Of a DNA stretch of 64,000 nucleotides, positions 8,612-18,332 are shown piece after piece (the first letter of the stretch is position 1; each line of letters opens with the position of its first letter). The stretch lies in contig JBILLK010000005.1 of the NCBI GenBank assembly GCA_044376115.1, forward strand, positions 1-64,000, in the 5' to 3' direction. Both the position numbers and the translations under genes were made by a program. Source of the stretch: Polyangiaceae bacterium (lineage in GTDB: Bacteria; Myxococcota_A; Polyangia; Polyangiales; Polyangiaceae). Below the pieces are notes generated by a model. It was not told the origin of the DNA. It worked only from the letters and a program-made list of their open reading frames with translations, and ran no database searches.

Positions 8612-8692
8612 GCCGCGCGACCATAGCAGGCCGGGCCGCCGATTATTCCGCCGAAGGCGGGGAGCGCGCGATGCGCCGGTGAGCGGGCTCGT

Positions 8693-10456
8693 TCAGCCCT
8701 GCTCGCGTTGACCGGGGTTGGGGCTGCGGGTGTGCGGCTGGGCCGTCGTTTCGAGCGGCTTTTCGAGCAGGGAAGGGCCTTGCACCGGTAGCCGGATCTC
8801 GAACACGGCGCCGCCTTTGGTGGCCGGGCGATACGAGATTTCGCCGCCGTGTTCGAAGATGATGCGCTGGCAGATGGCGAGCCCGAGGCCGGTGCCAGTG
8901 GGCTTGCTAGTGGCGTACGGCTCGAACAAACGGTCGCGCATTTCATCCGGAACGCCGGGGCCGTTGTCGCGCACGGTGATGCGTACATGTTTGGGATCGA
9001 CCAGGCGCAGGGAGACGGCGACCTTGGGATCGGGGCGCACGGCGCTGGCGGCCTCGAGGCCGTTTTGTACGAGGTTGGTGAGCACCTGGATGATCTGATC
9101 GCGATCGGCGCGCACCTCGGGCACGTCTTCCACGGTGAGCTCGACGCGCGGCTCACGTGAAGTCCCGGTTTGCACCATTTCGGGATCGACGGCGTGCAGC
9201 GAGACCACGTGTTTGGCGGCCTGCACCAGATCCATCGCCTCCGGGTTGGGCGCCGGCAAGCGTTGGAACTTGGTGAACTCGCTGACGATGTGCGCGATGC
9301 GATGGACCTCCTCGAGCACCGTGCGCGTGGCTTCGTCGAAGTACTCCTCGAAGCGCTCATCTCCGCGGGCGTGCAAGCGACGCAGCGTCTCGACAGCCGC
9401 GCGGATGGGCGCCAACGGATTTTTGATCTCGTGCGCGACTTGGCGGGCGATCTCGCGTCGCGCCGAGATCCGCTCGGTGACGGCGAGCCGCTTCTTCATG
9501 CGCGTTAGTTCGTCGATGGTGGCGTTGAACGACTCGGCCAGCTCGCGGATCTCTTTGCCACCGCGACCGCGCACCGGCCGCGGATCACCGCTGACGACCT
9601 CGCGGGTTTCATGCGCCAATTCACGCAGCGGTTTGGCCAAGCTGCGGCCGAGGATCACCGCCAACACCAGCGCCAAGAGCACCGCGATACCACCGCTCGC
9701 GAGGATCTGACGGTCGAGCTGTTCGAGCGCGTCCACCAGCCGATCGCGCGGCATGGTCGCCAAAACCGAGAGCCCAGCGACCTGCTCGAGTTTGACCAGG
9801 CGCACCTCGGTGCGTTCGGTCGAGCTGGGCGTGGGGCCGTCAGGCGAGGCCGATTCGAGCTGCACGCCGTGCGCACGACCGACGCGCTCGAGGATCGTCT
9901 CGATCTTGCGTGAGCCGACGAAGCCCAAGGTGTACGCGTGCACCGAGCGCGAGCACCAAACCTCGATCGCCGGGGGCTGTGAGGCGACGGAGGGACGCAG
10001 CTGCGGCTGGCCCTCCGGCTCGCGCAACATGGTCGCGAAGCGCTCGTCCTTTTTGCCGACGCGCGTTCGCTCCGACGAGGAGAGCACCAGGCCGTTTTGC
10101 GTGACCAAGGAGAGCTCGTCGAAGGCGCGCGCTGCCGCTTCATCCGGGGCGTGATGGCGAAGCGCCAGCTGCGCACCCATCTCCAATTTGTCGAGATCGC
10201 CCTTGGTGCGTTCGTAATCGAGCAACGCTTTGTCGAAGAAAGTGCCGCGTTTGCAAAGTGGTAACGTTAAGTCACGGAGCTGAGTTGCCTCCGAGACCAG
10301 CGCCTCTTTGACCTCGGCGGTCGCAGATTCCATGCGACTTTCGAACTCGGCCTCGAGCAAACGCCGCGAAGTACCCCGGACGAGCACGCCCCAGGCGGCT
10401 GTCGCCAAGACGGCCACGAGCACGAGTGCGACAGCTAGACGGGTGGCTAGCGACAC
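8693..10456 (-). CDS. HAMP-domain sensor histidine kinase (NtrY-like)
   Basis: Two TM segments, HAMP domain, H-box AHEIKNPL, N-box NLVQNG, DNGPG and GTGLGL motifs. Confidence 0.92.
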   Translation of the reverse strand: MSLATRLAVALVLVAVLATAAWGVLVRGTSRRLLEAEFESRMESATAEVKEALVSEATQLRDLTLPLCKRGTFFDKALLDYERTKGDLDKLEMGAQLALRHHAPDEAAARAFDELSLVTQNGLVLSSSERTRVGKKDERFATMLREPEGQPQLRPSVASQPPAIEVWCSRSVHAYTLGFVGSRKIETILERVGRAHGVQLESASPDGPTPSSTERTEVRLVKLEQVAGLSVLATMPRDRLVDALEQLDRQILASGGIAVLLALVLAVILGRSLAKPLRELAHETREVVSGDPRPVRGRGGKEIRELAESFNATIDELTRMKKRLAVTERISARREIARQVAHEIKNPLAPIRAAVETLRRLHARGDERFEEYFDEATRTVLEEVHRIAHIVSEFTKFQRLPAPNPEAMDLVQAAKHVVSLHAVDPEMVQTGTSREPRVELTVEDVPEVRADRDQIIQVLTNLVQNGLEAASAVRPDPKVAVSLRLVDPKHVRITVRDNGPGVPDEMRDRLFEPYATSKPTGTGLGLAICQRIIFEHGGEISYRPATKGGAVFEIRLPVQGPSLLEKPLETTAQPHTRSPNPGQREQG

Positions 10457-10498
10457 CGTTGCACCAGGTGAGCCTTCTGGACCTCAAGTTGAAAGTAA

Positions 10499-11668
10499 GT
10501 GCCACTCACTGCATTTTTCGTTGCTGTGTTCAACGCTTCAAACGAGAGCTTACTTTACGTGTTGGTGGAGACCCCAGGGATTGTCCGCGCCGTAGGCCCG
10601 GACCATTGCGGCGAAGGTTCGTCAGGCTGGCTTGGGACCACCGTGGAAAAATCTTTCGGCCTCGATTGGCGCACGCTGGTCGAGCTGGCCGAGTCACGTG
10701 CACCTTTCGCTTCGAGCGTTGGTGAGCTGCGCATGGCACCGCTGTTCGGTGATGATACGGCAGTGTCCAAGGTGCTGGTGCAGGTCGGTGCTGCGGTGCC
10801 GCCAAGGCCCTCGTCGCGGCCGCCTTCGGCGAGCAAAGGCCCGCTGCTGCTCGAGTGGGTGCGAGGTCGCGATATGGGCGCACAGCGCTCGGTCGAGCTA
10901 GCGGAGCGTCTCGTCGACACCTCGCTGCCGGTGTACATCCACGGTGAGAACGGCACCGGCGTAGAGACGTTGGCTTTGCATCTTGCTGCACGGCGTTCGC
11001 ATCAAGGGCCGCTCAAACGTCATCGCGTTGGCTCGGACAACGGTCTGTTCGAGAACGTGACCGCCGCCGAGGGTGTGCTGCTGCTCGAGGACACTCATCT
11101 GCTCGACTGTGCGAGCGGTGACCAGCTGGCGCGCGCACTGACCGACGGTGTCTTCGCCAATTGGCAGCTCATTGCCTTTGGCCGCGAAGATCTGCGCAAC
11201 AAGGTGCAACGCAGTGAATGCTCGGCCCAACTAGCGGCGCAGTTGCGTTCTTCGACGGTGTTCTTGCCGTCGCTGCGCGATCGGCAGGACCTGCAGTGGC
11301 TGGTAAGCGAGATGTTGAAGGGGCTGGGCACGACCGAGTTCACCGAGTTCGACGTGACCCCCGTAGCAATGCGAACATTGGCCGCGCACGCATGGCCAGA
11401 CAACCTTCAGGAGCTTCGTTCGGTGTTGGCACGCGAGAGCGCGCTGGCCGACAAGGGCGTGATCGCAGAGGTGAAGCTGCCGCAGCACCATCCGCCGCAA
11501 AGCGAATCGCCGCCGGCCGGAGGGTTGCGTCGGCAAGCCGAACGGGCGGCGCTGGCCGAGGCGCTGCAGACCTCGGCCGGGAACGTGAGTGTGGCCGCGC
11601 GCAAGCTCGGTGTGGCGCGCAGCACCTTGTACCGCCTGCTCGAGCGGCACGGTCTGGCTCGCGAATAA
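10499..11668 (+). CDS. Fis-HTH regulator with a degenerate sigma54-activator AAA+ domain
   Basis: GENGTGVE, LPSLRDR, HAWPDNLQEL, and a C-terminal GNVSVAARKLGVARSTLYR helix-turn-helix. Confidence 0.85.
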   Translation: MPLTAFFVAVFNASNESLLYVLVETPGIVRAVGPDHCGEGSSGWLGTTVEKSFGLDWRTLVELAESRAPFASSVGELRMAPLFGDDTAVSKVLVQVGAAVPPRPSSRPPSASKGPLLLEWVRGRDMGAQRSVELAERLVDTSLPVYIHGENGTGVETLALHLAARRSHQGPLKRHRVGSDNGLFENVTAAEGVLLLEDTHLLDCASGDQLARALTDGVFANWQLIAFGREDLRNKVQRSECSAQLAAQLRSSTVFLPSLRDRQDLQWLVSEMLKGLGTTEFTEFDVTPVAMRTLAAHAWPDNLQELRSVLARESALADKGVIAEVKLPQHHPPQSESPPAGGLRRQAERAALAEALQTSAGNVSVAARKLGVARSTLYRLLERHGLARE

Positions 11669-11676
11669 CTTCCGTC

Positions 11677-13425
11677 TTGCGCAGTTTGCGTTGGGCGCTG
11701 TTGCTCGCGACGGTGCTGGCCTGCTCGCCCCCAGCGCCGAAGCCGGCGCTGGATTTGGTCGCCGATCTCGGGCCGCAAGCGAGCTTGCTCGAGCTTCAGC
11801 GGCGTTGGGAGCGCAGTGAGCTCTCGGACAACCAAGGCTTCATTCGGCTGCTCGAGGACTACACGCAACGTTATCCGGCCGAGCCTTCGACGCGGCGGGT
11901 GCGCGCCTACCTCGCGGTGCTGCTGCTCGAACAAGAGCAACTCGAAGCAGCGGCGAAGAACGCCGATTTGGTGCAAGGTCAGCTGGGCGCCGCGCAGGAT
12001 CTGGCGACCATCGTGCAAGCGGCGCTCTTGCGTCGCAAACGTGAGTCGCTCAGCGCCTTTCGCCTGCTCGACCCGCTGTTCAACCGCGTGATCGATCTGC
12101 GCGGCCGCACCTTGCTCAACGAGGAGCTGTTGCGGCTGGCGATCGAGCTCGAGCGCTGGAAAGACGCGGCGCGCTACTTTCGCGCGTTGGTCACGCAGTC
12201 GAGCGGCGCGCTGCGCGTGCGCGCCGAGCTGCGTGCGCCCGGCTATGTGGAGGCGCTGCCGAGCTCGGCCTTGCTCGAGCTCTTGCAAGCGGAAGTAGAG
12301 AGCGAAGAAAAAGATCGCTGGGTGCTCTCCTTCCTAGCCAAACAACTGGCGAAGTTGGCGCTCGAGAAGGGCGACCCACAAACGGCGCGCGCGCTCTTGG
12401 CGTTGGTGCCGGAGCTGCTCGGCGACAAGGCGGATGCGCTTTTGCGCGTAGCGGCGCGCGGCGCTGACGTGCGCCTCGAACGCAATACCGTCGGCTTGGT
12501 GATGCCGCTCGGTTCGGACGCGCTGCGTGCGCGCGGGATCGACGTGGCGCGTGGTCTCGCGATCGCGCTCGGGTTGCCGGGCGGTTCGACGCGGCTGGTG
12601 GTGCGCGATCATCGCGGTGATAAAGCCTCGCTCGACGATACGCTGGCGCTGCTCAACGCCGACGGCGCAGCGGTGATCGTCGCAGGCTTCGATGCGGCGG
12701 AGGCCGATCAGGCGCTGGCGTACGCTGAGCGTACCAACTTGCCGGTGATGCTGCTCACGCACCCCAAGCGCGAATTGCCGAGCAGCGCGCCGGCCTTCGT
12801 GATGGGCGACGACCCGAAGGTAGTGCGCGAGCGCTTGGTGTTCGCGATGTTGACGCTCGGTCGCAAGCGCGTGGCCGTCTTCGCCGATGATCGCCGGGCG
12901 ATCGATTTCTCGCCGGCGGTGGCCGCGGGCATCGTCGCCGAACAGCCGTGCTCCGCTTCACGCGAGACGCTGGAGAAGCTCAACGCCGATGCGCTGGTGC
13001 TCGATGGCGACGCAGATTGTGGAGCGCGTGCGGTGGAGCTCGGCAACAAGCGGCTGGTAGGCGTTGGTCTGCGCGCCGAAACCAACCAGGCTGATGTGGT
13101 CGCAAGCGCCGGGCTCTTCCCCAACCCCGAGGGCGACCATCCGCGCGCGAGCGACGACCCGATGTTGGCGGCGCTGATCAAAGAACGCCAACGCAACCCG
13201 ACCTGGTGGATGGCCCTCGGTCACGACGCCGGGCTGCTCGTGAAAGACGCCATCTTGGGTCTCTCGCCCGAAGCCGACGATCGCGGTGTGGCCGTCGCCA
13301 TGCGCAAACGCATCGTCACCGACGCCATCGCCACCGCCGAGGCCAAGCTGTGGACCACCAGCGCCAGCGGCTTCGGCGGCGGCCGCGTGTTACCGCGCGA
13401 TGTGCTGGTGAGCACCAGGCGCTGA
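11677..13425 (+). CDS. Lipoprotein with TPR-like N-terminus and periplasmic binding protein type 1 domain (LpoA/LppC-like)
   Basis: TTG start, lipobox VLAC, VGLVMPLG...LVVRD motif typical of the PBP1 fold. Confidence 0.7.
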   Translation: MRSLRWALLLATVLACSPPAPKPALDLVADLGPQASLLELQRRWERSELSDNQGFIRLLEDYTQRYPAEPSTRRVRAYLAVLLLEQEQLEAAAKNADLVQGQLGAAQDLATIVQAALLRRKRESLSAFRLLDPLFNRVIDLRGRTLLNEELLRLAIELERWKDAARYFRALVTQSSGALRVRAELRAPGYVEALPSSALLELLQAEVESEEKDRWVLSFLAKQLAKLALEKGDPQTARALLALVPELLGDKADALLRVAARGADVRLERNTVGLVMPLGSDALRARGIDVARGLAIALGLPGGSTRLVVRDHRGDKASLDDTLALLNADGAAVIVAGFDAAEADQALAYAERTNLPVMLLTHPKRELPSSAPAFVMGDDPKVVRERLVFAMLTLGRKRVAVFADDRRAIDFSPAVAAGIVAEQPCSASRETLEKLNADALVLDGDADCGARAVELGNKRLVGVGLRAETNQADVVASAGLFPNPEGDHPRASDDPMLAALIKERQRNPTWWMALGHDAGLLVKDAILGLSPEADDRGVAVAMRKRIVTDAIATAEAKLWTTSASGFGGGRVLPRDVLVSTRR

Positions 13426-13437
13426 GGGTGGGGTGGC

Positions 13438-13564
13438 GAGCCCGCCCACCGAGCCCGCCCACCGAGCCCGCCCACCGAGCCCGCCCACCGAGCCCGCCCA
13501 CCGAGCCCGCCCACCGAGCCCGCCCACCGAGCCCGCCCACCGAGCCCGCCCACCGAGCCCGCCC
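13438..13564. repeat. 13-bp perfect tandem repeat (GAGCCCGCCCACC) x9 plus partial
   Basis: Directly visible; intergenic. Confidence 0.97.
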
Positions 13565-13610
13565 GTCTGCGCACCGAGCCCGCGCACCGCCGCGCAGGGG
13601 ATCGACCCTT

Positions 13611-13685
13611 GAAGTGGACGTTTTGTTGAATTCAGCCGCCCATCCCAGCCTGATCGACCGCCTTTCTCAACAAAACGTCCACTTC
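13611..13685. repeat. Perfect 19-bp inverted repeat with a 37-nt spacer
   Basis: GAAGTGGACGTTTTGTTGA (13611-13629) and TCAACAAAACGTCCACTTC (13667-13685). Confidence 0.92.
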
Positions 13686-13765
13686 GAGCCCCCATCCCCG
13701 CGCGAGCCGACGCTTCGAGGTCCCATCCCCCCGCGCGAGCCGACGCTTCGAGCCCCCATCCTCCG
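13682..13765. repeat. ~31-33-bp imperfect tandem repeat (2 copies plus partial)
   Basis: CTTCGAG..CCCATCCCC..GCGCGAGCCGACG units start at 13682, 13713 and 13746. Confidence 0.85.
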
Positions 13766-13889
13766 CCCGCCTAACTCCGGCCCACCCTAGCTGGATCTTG
13801 GTGTGCCCATGGATACTGGTTATCGGTCATTAAGCGTTTTATGGGGCCAGATCTCCCCGCGATTTCTCCTTGTGGGCCTTGGTCGGTGC

Positions 13890-13905
13890 TGGCGCATATC
13901 GTGCA
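13890..13905 (+). promoter_or_regulatory. Candidate sigma54 (-24/-12) promoter
   Basis: TGGCGCA-TATC-GTGCA (GG-N10-GC) just upstream of the ATG at 13920. Confidence 0.4.
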
Positions 13906-13919
13906 TTGTCGGGCGCGCC

Positions 13920-14606
13920 ATGCAGTTGTTCCTTCGTTGTCTCGGTGCGTTCCTGCTCGTTGGCTGCCAAGCCGCAAACGGGACCCCGGTGGTTGCGGAA
14001 GTCGCTCAGCCGGAGCGAATCGATCGTGGGGCGGACTCGGTGGAGAGCGAGATCGGCGGCATGAACCACGAGGACGTGGAGGCGCAATTCGCCCAGCTGC
14101 AAGAGCCGATTTTGCGCTGTGTGCGCGAGGGCACCGACCGTGTGCGAGAGATGGGCGGTCGCTTCGCGGTGAAGTTGCGCATCAACCGCAAAGGTGAGGT
14201 TGTCTCGGCCTACTTGAAGGAATCAACCTTGGGAGACCGCGCGACCGAGCGCTGCGTGCTTTCGGTGGCGCGCTCAGCTTCGTGGCCCAAGCCGCTCGGT
14301 GGCGAGGGCATCGCGGAGCGCAGCTTTGACGTGGATCCGAGCGTGGAGCCGATTCAGTGGAAGCCGGAAAAAGCGCGCGGTCCGAAGAAGTCGGTGGGCC
14401 AGCGGGTGCAGCAGTGCAAGGTCGGGGTGGAAGGCCCGTTCGTGGCGACGGTCTATGTCAGCTCCAAAGGCAACGTGCTCGCGGCGGGCGTTGCACCGCC
14501 GGACGCGGCGGCTGAAGAGGCCGCCGATTGCGTGGCCGACGCTGTGCGCGGGATGAAGTTCGGCTCGCCGGGGCGCAAGCCGGCGAAGGTGACGTTCGAA
14601 CTCTGA
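13920..14606 (+). CDS. Lipoprotein with two AgmX/PglI C-terminal (TonB_C-like) domains
   Basis: Lipobox LVGC; G...VKLRI...G.V...STLGD...ERCV......WPKP.GG pattern. Confidence 0.75.
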   Translation: MQLFLRCLGAFLLVGCQAANGTPVVAEVAQPERIDRGADSVESEIGGMNHEDVEAQFAQLQEPILRCVREGTDRVREMGGRFAVKLRINRKGEVVSAYLKESTLGDRATERCVLSVARSASWPKPLGGEGIAERSFDVDPSVEPIQWKPEKARGPKKSVGQRVQQCKVGVEGPFVATVYVSSKGNVLAAGVAPPDAAAEEAADCVADAVRGMKFGSPGRKPAKVTFEL

Positions 14607-14736
14607 GCGCGAAGCGCAGGCGTTGTGCAGCCGTTGTGTAGGTGAAGACTGTGTTTGTGCAGACCAGCACAAGGCCGTTGGCCGGCCTGCGGTCTGGCAT
14701 TCAGCGTTGGCGGGCTAGCACAAGCCCGCTTGCGTC

Positions 14737-15312
14737 TCAGCGCCCGACGCCGATCCCGCCCAACGGGCTGACGCTGGTGGGCGCTATAGCGGCGCCCCCG
14801 GAGTTACTCGCACCCTCTTCATCCCAAAGGATGGCGTAGGCCACGAGCAGGCACGCGTGCCGCGCGTAGACGCTGACATTGCAACCAACCCAGCGGCCAG
14901 CCGACTCAGCAGCGCCATCGGCGCCATACTTGATCAGGTCCCCCTCGGGCGAGAGCGCGAGCCAGGCGCTGGCTCGGCCGGGTTGCGCCGCATACGACGA
15001 ACCGACGATGCCCAAGAGCTCGTCCTTCTTGCCGACCAAACGTCCGTCCGCTTCGAGCACGGCGACCGGCTTTTGGTCCTGATCGTAAAGGCGGCCGACG
15101 CGATCGATCACCCACTCCACGTCCCCGTCGATCACCACTTCGGCGAAGCCGCCGCGGACCTGCAGATCCACGAGCTCGCCTTTGTGTTGCCACTGCGCGC
15201 TGACGAGGTGAAGCGGCGCGCCGCCTTCCGCCCACCGCGCGGGGGGCTTGGAGCCGCCGCACGCGCTCGCCGAAAGCGCCAGTACGGCTGCAACGGTCAA
15301 CCAGCGCTTCAT
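14737..15312 (-). CDS. Hypothetical lipoprotein
   Basis: Lipobox-like ASAC; overlaps the livH stop codon (ATGA). Confidence 0.7.
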   Translation of the reverse strand: MKRWLTVAAVLALSASACGGSKPPARWAEGGAPLHLVSAQWQHKGELVDLQVRGGFAEVVIDGDVEWVIDRVGRLYDQDQKPVAVLEADGRLVGKKDELLGIVGSSYAAQPGRASAWLALSPEGDLIKYGADGAAESAGRWVGCNVSVYARHACLLVAYAILWDEEGASNSGGAAIAPTSVSPLGGIGVGR

Positions 15313-16190
15313 ACCTTCTCCACGCCGGCCTTGCCGAGCAGCCCCGTCGGCTTCACCAGCAGTACGAGCACGAGCGCCATGAACACGAACACGTCTTGCA
15401 GCGACGAGTAGGGCGTGAGCTTGGTGAGCTCACCCAAGATGCCGAGCAGCAGGCCGCCGAGCACAGCGCCCGGGATGTTGCCGATGCCGCCGATCACCGC
15501 GGCGACGAAGGCGCGCGTACCGATCACGGTGCCCATGGTCGGGTAGGCGGGCGATTGATCCATGCAGAACAAAATCGAGCCGAGCGCGGCCAGCGAAGAG
15601 CCGGTCATGAAGGTGAGCGAGATCACCCGGCCGGTGCGCACGCCCATCAAACGCGCGGCATCCACGTTCATCGAAAGAGCGCGCATCGACTTGCCGAACC
15701 AGGTCCAGTGCACGAGCAGCTGGAGGAAGGTCATCGTCACGAGGCTCATCACCACGATCAACACGCGCGTCTTATCGAGCGGCATGATCTGCGGGTAACT
15801 GCGGTACTTGGCCGAGAAGAGCAGCTGCGCGAGGTTCGTCAGCAAGACGCTGGTACCGAGCGCCGTGACCAGCGGTGCGATACGGCTCGCCTTGCTGCCG
15901 CGCGCGCGCAGCGGTGCGTACGCAAAGCGCTCCACCAAGACGCCGAGCCCACCGGCCAGCGCCATCGCGCCGAGCGTGCCGCACACGCCCGAGAGCAACG
16001 GCGCTTGTTCGGCGCCGAGCCCGCTGATCAAGAAGAAGCCAGCGAACGCCGACATCATGAACACTTCACTGTGCGCGAAGTTGATCAGCTTCAGGATGCC
16101 GTACACCATCGAATAACCGAGAGCGACCAGGGCGATCATCGAGCCCTGGGCGACTCCGGTCACGACAGCGTTGAAAAGCTTCTCAATCAC
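15309..16190 (-). CDS. livH: Branched-chain amino acid ABC transporter permease
   Basis: ALVALGYSMVYGILKLINFAH, GKSMRA...AARLMGV and GGIGNIPGA motifs. Confidence 0.93.
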   Translation of the reverse strand: MIEKLFNAVVTGVAQGSMIALVALGYSMVYGILKLINFAHSEVFMMSAFAGFFLISGLGAEQAPLLSGVCGTLGAMALAGGLGVLVERFAYAPLRARGSKASRIAPLVTALGTSVLLTNLAQLLFSAKYRSYPQIMPLDKTRVLIVVMSLVTMTFLQLLVHWTWFGKSMRALSMNVDAARLMGVRTGRVISLTFMTGSSLAALGSILFCMDQSPAYPTMGTVIGTRAFVAAVIGGIGNIPGAVLGGLLLGILGELTKLTPYSSLQDVFVFMALVLVLLVKPTGLLGKAGVEKV

Positions 16191-16216
16191 GACTGCGACG
16201 ATACCTCAACCGGCCC

Positions 16217-17533
16217 TCACTTGGGGGCGGCGGAAGCGGCGGGCGCAGCCGAAGCCGAAACAGCGGCTGAAGCCGAGGGCGCAGCCGAGCTCGCCGCGCT
16301 AGCCGAGGCGGTTGCCGGGGGCGCAGCCGCGCTGGCCGTAGCGGTGGGTTGTGCACCGCCGCCGCCGAGCAGGGCCTCCGAGCCAGGACCGTGGACGGCC
16401 TTGTAGACGGTGCTGCCGTCTTTGATCTGCACCACGACGATCGGCTTCTGGGCGTTGCGGTCAGCGTCGATCGTGATCATGCCGGAGACGCCGGGGAAGT
16501 TCTTGGTCTCGGCGATCGCGTCGCGGATGCCCTTCGGCGTGTCTTCTTTGGCGCGCTTGATGGCGTCAGCGAGCACGAGCGCCGCGTCGTAACCCATGGC
16601 GGCCAAGCTGCTCGGCTTCTTCTTGTGCTTGCCTTCATACACAGCGACGAACTTCTTCGACACGTCCCACGGGATGTCGGGCGCGTGGTGATCGGTGAAG
16701 TGCGCGCCGGTCATTTCCTTGAGCAGCACCTCATCACCGCTCCAGCCGTCTCCGCCGACGAAGATGTCCGAGGTGAGCCCAGCGTTGATGGCCTGGCGAT
16801 TCATCTGCACCATCTGCTTGTAGTAGACGGGCGCGTAGATCACCTCGGGTGAAGCGGCCTTCATCTCGTTGATGAAGGTGCTGAAGTTGGTCTCGGAGTC
16901 GGTGAACTTCGCCTCTTTGACGATCTCACCACCGAGCTCCGCGATCACCTTCTTGAACTCATTGGCCAGCCCCGAGGAGTACAGATCATTCTCGGCGAAC
17001 ATCAGGCCGATCTTCTTCTTGCCCAAGGTCTTCACGCAGAACTCAGCGCCAACTCGGCCCTGAAACTCGTCCACGAAGCAGACGCGGAAGACCCACTCGC
17101 CCACCTTGGTCACGTCGGCGTTGGTCGACGAAGGCGTGATCATCGGGATCTTCTTCTGCGAAGCGACGATGCCACCGGGCTTGGAGCGAGAGGAGGCTAC
17201 CTCGCCGAGGAGCGCCACGACCTTGTCACGGTCGATCAGCTGTTGGACCTTGTTGGTCACCTCATTGGGGAGGGATTTGTCGTCCTCGAACAAGACCTTC
17301 ATCTTCTTGTTCTTGATGCCACCGGCCTCATTGATCTGCTCGACGGCGATCTGAATGCCCTGCTGGGTATCGATGCCGAACTGAGCGTCACCACCGGTGA
17401 GGCTCAAGAAGGCGCCCACCATCCATTCGTTCGAGGGCCCGGATTGGCCGCACCCGGCGAGCTCCAACCCAAGCACCGAAGCCGCGCCCACACCAACAGA
17501 ACCTGCGAGAAAGTGTCGCCTACGAACCAGCAT
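16217..17533 (-). CDS. livK: Branched-chain amino acid ABC substrate-binding lipoprotein (Tat-type signal)
   Basis: RRRHFL plus LAGC; INEAGGI, GEVASS, FRVCF and GYDAA motifs; Ala/Ser-rich tail. Confidence 0.9.
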   Translation of the reverse strand: MLVRRRHFLAGSVGVGAASVLGLELAGCGQSGPSNEWMVGAFLSLTGGDAQFGIDTQQGIQIAVEQINEAGGIKNKKMKVLFEDDKSLPNEVTNKVQQLIDRDKVVALLGEVASSRSKPGGIVASQKKIPMITPSSTNADVTKVGEWVFRVCFVDEFQGRVGAEFCVKTLGKKKIGLMFAENDLYSSGLANEFKKVIAELGGEIVKEAKFTDSETNFSTFINEMKAASPEVIYAPVYYKQMVQMNRQAINAGLTSDIFVGGDGWSGDEVLLKEMTGAHFTDHHAPDIPWDVSKKFVAVYEGKHKKKPSSLAAMGYDAALVLADAIKRAKEDTPKGIRDAIAETKNFPGVSGMITIDADRNAQKPIVVVQIKDGSTVYKAVHGPGSEALLGGGGAQPTATASAAAPPATASASAASSAAPSASAAVSASAAPAASAAPK

Positions 17534-17564
17534 GATGCTCCCCTCTTCGAGGGGGGCGGGTGTA

Positions 17565-18332
17565 TCACCCCTGGCCTTGGCCGTCAGCTTCTTTGGCGGA
17601 CCGCACGGCCCAGGCGAAGTGCTCGACGTTGCCTTTGGGCCCAGCGACTTCGCTATCCACGCCTTGCTTCACCACCAGCGGCGAACCGCGGAAGGTGCTC
17701 AACGCGAGCTCGATCGCAGCTTGTCGTTCGTCGCCGCGCACCACGCCGCGCCCGCGTGAGGCCACCGCTTTGGACGCCTCGAACTGCGGCTTCACCAGCG
17801 CGACCAGGTCTCCGCCGGGCCGCAACACGCGCGCGATCGCCGGCAGCAATGCGCCGATGCCAACGAAGGATGCGTCCACCACCACGAGATCCACCGGCTC
17901 GGCGAAGTCAGCACTGGTGAGCGTCTTGGCGTTGGTTCGTTCGCGAACGACCACGCGCTCGTTCTGTCGCAAGGAGAGCGCGAGCTGCCCAACCGACACA
18001 TCGACGGTGTACATCTTGTCGATCCCGCGTTGCAGCAGGCAGTCGGTGAAACCGCCGGTCGCTGCGCCGACGTCCACTCCGACTCGGCCTTGCAGCTCGC
18101 TGAAATGCGCGCCGAAGGCACGCAGCGCGCCCTCGAGCTTGTCGCCTCCGCGCGAGACGAAGCGACGATCCGAACGAAGCGAAATCAGCTCCTCCTCCGC
18201 CAGCATCAGGCCCGGTTTCTCGAGCCGCTGCTCGCCGCGATAGACGCGCCCGGCCATCACGAAGGAGCGGGCAAGCTCCAGCGAAGGAGCGAGCTCGCGC
18301 ACGACCAACAGCTCATCGAGCCGGCGCTTCAC
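17565..18332 (-). CDS. tlyA: TlyA-family rRNA methyltransferase
   Basis: S4-like RRLDELLV; FVSRGGDKL, DVGAATGGFTDCLLQRG, LVKPQFE and GPKGNVE motifs. Confidence 0.93.
   Translation of the reverse strand: MKRRLDELLVVRELAPSLELARSFVMAGRVYRGEQRLEKPGLMLAEEELISLRSDRRFVSRGGDKLEGALRAFGAHFSELQGRVGVDVGAATGGFTDCLLQRGIDKMYTVDVSVGQLALSLRQNERVVVRERTNAKTLTSADFAEPVDLVVVDASFVGIGALLPAIARVLRPGGDLVALVKPQFEASKAVASRGRGVVRGDERQAAIELALSTFRGSPLVVKQGVDSEVAGPKGNVEHFAWAVRSAKEADGQGQG

Noticed and set aside
11218..11676. N-terminal extension of ORF 11218-13425
   Set aside because: It overlaps the Fis regulator in another frame; the lipoprotein signal begins at 11677.
13438..13770. CRISPR or repeat-protein ORFs (13206-13790 and others)
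   Set aside because: No spacers are present, and the 13-bp period cycles through frames, giving artefactual repeat peptides.
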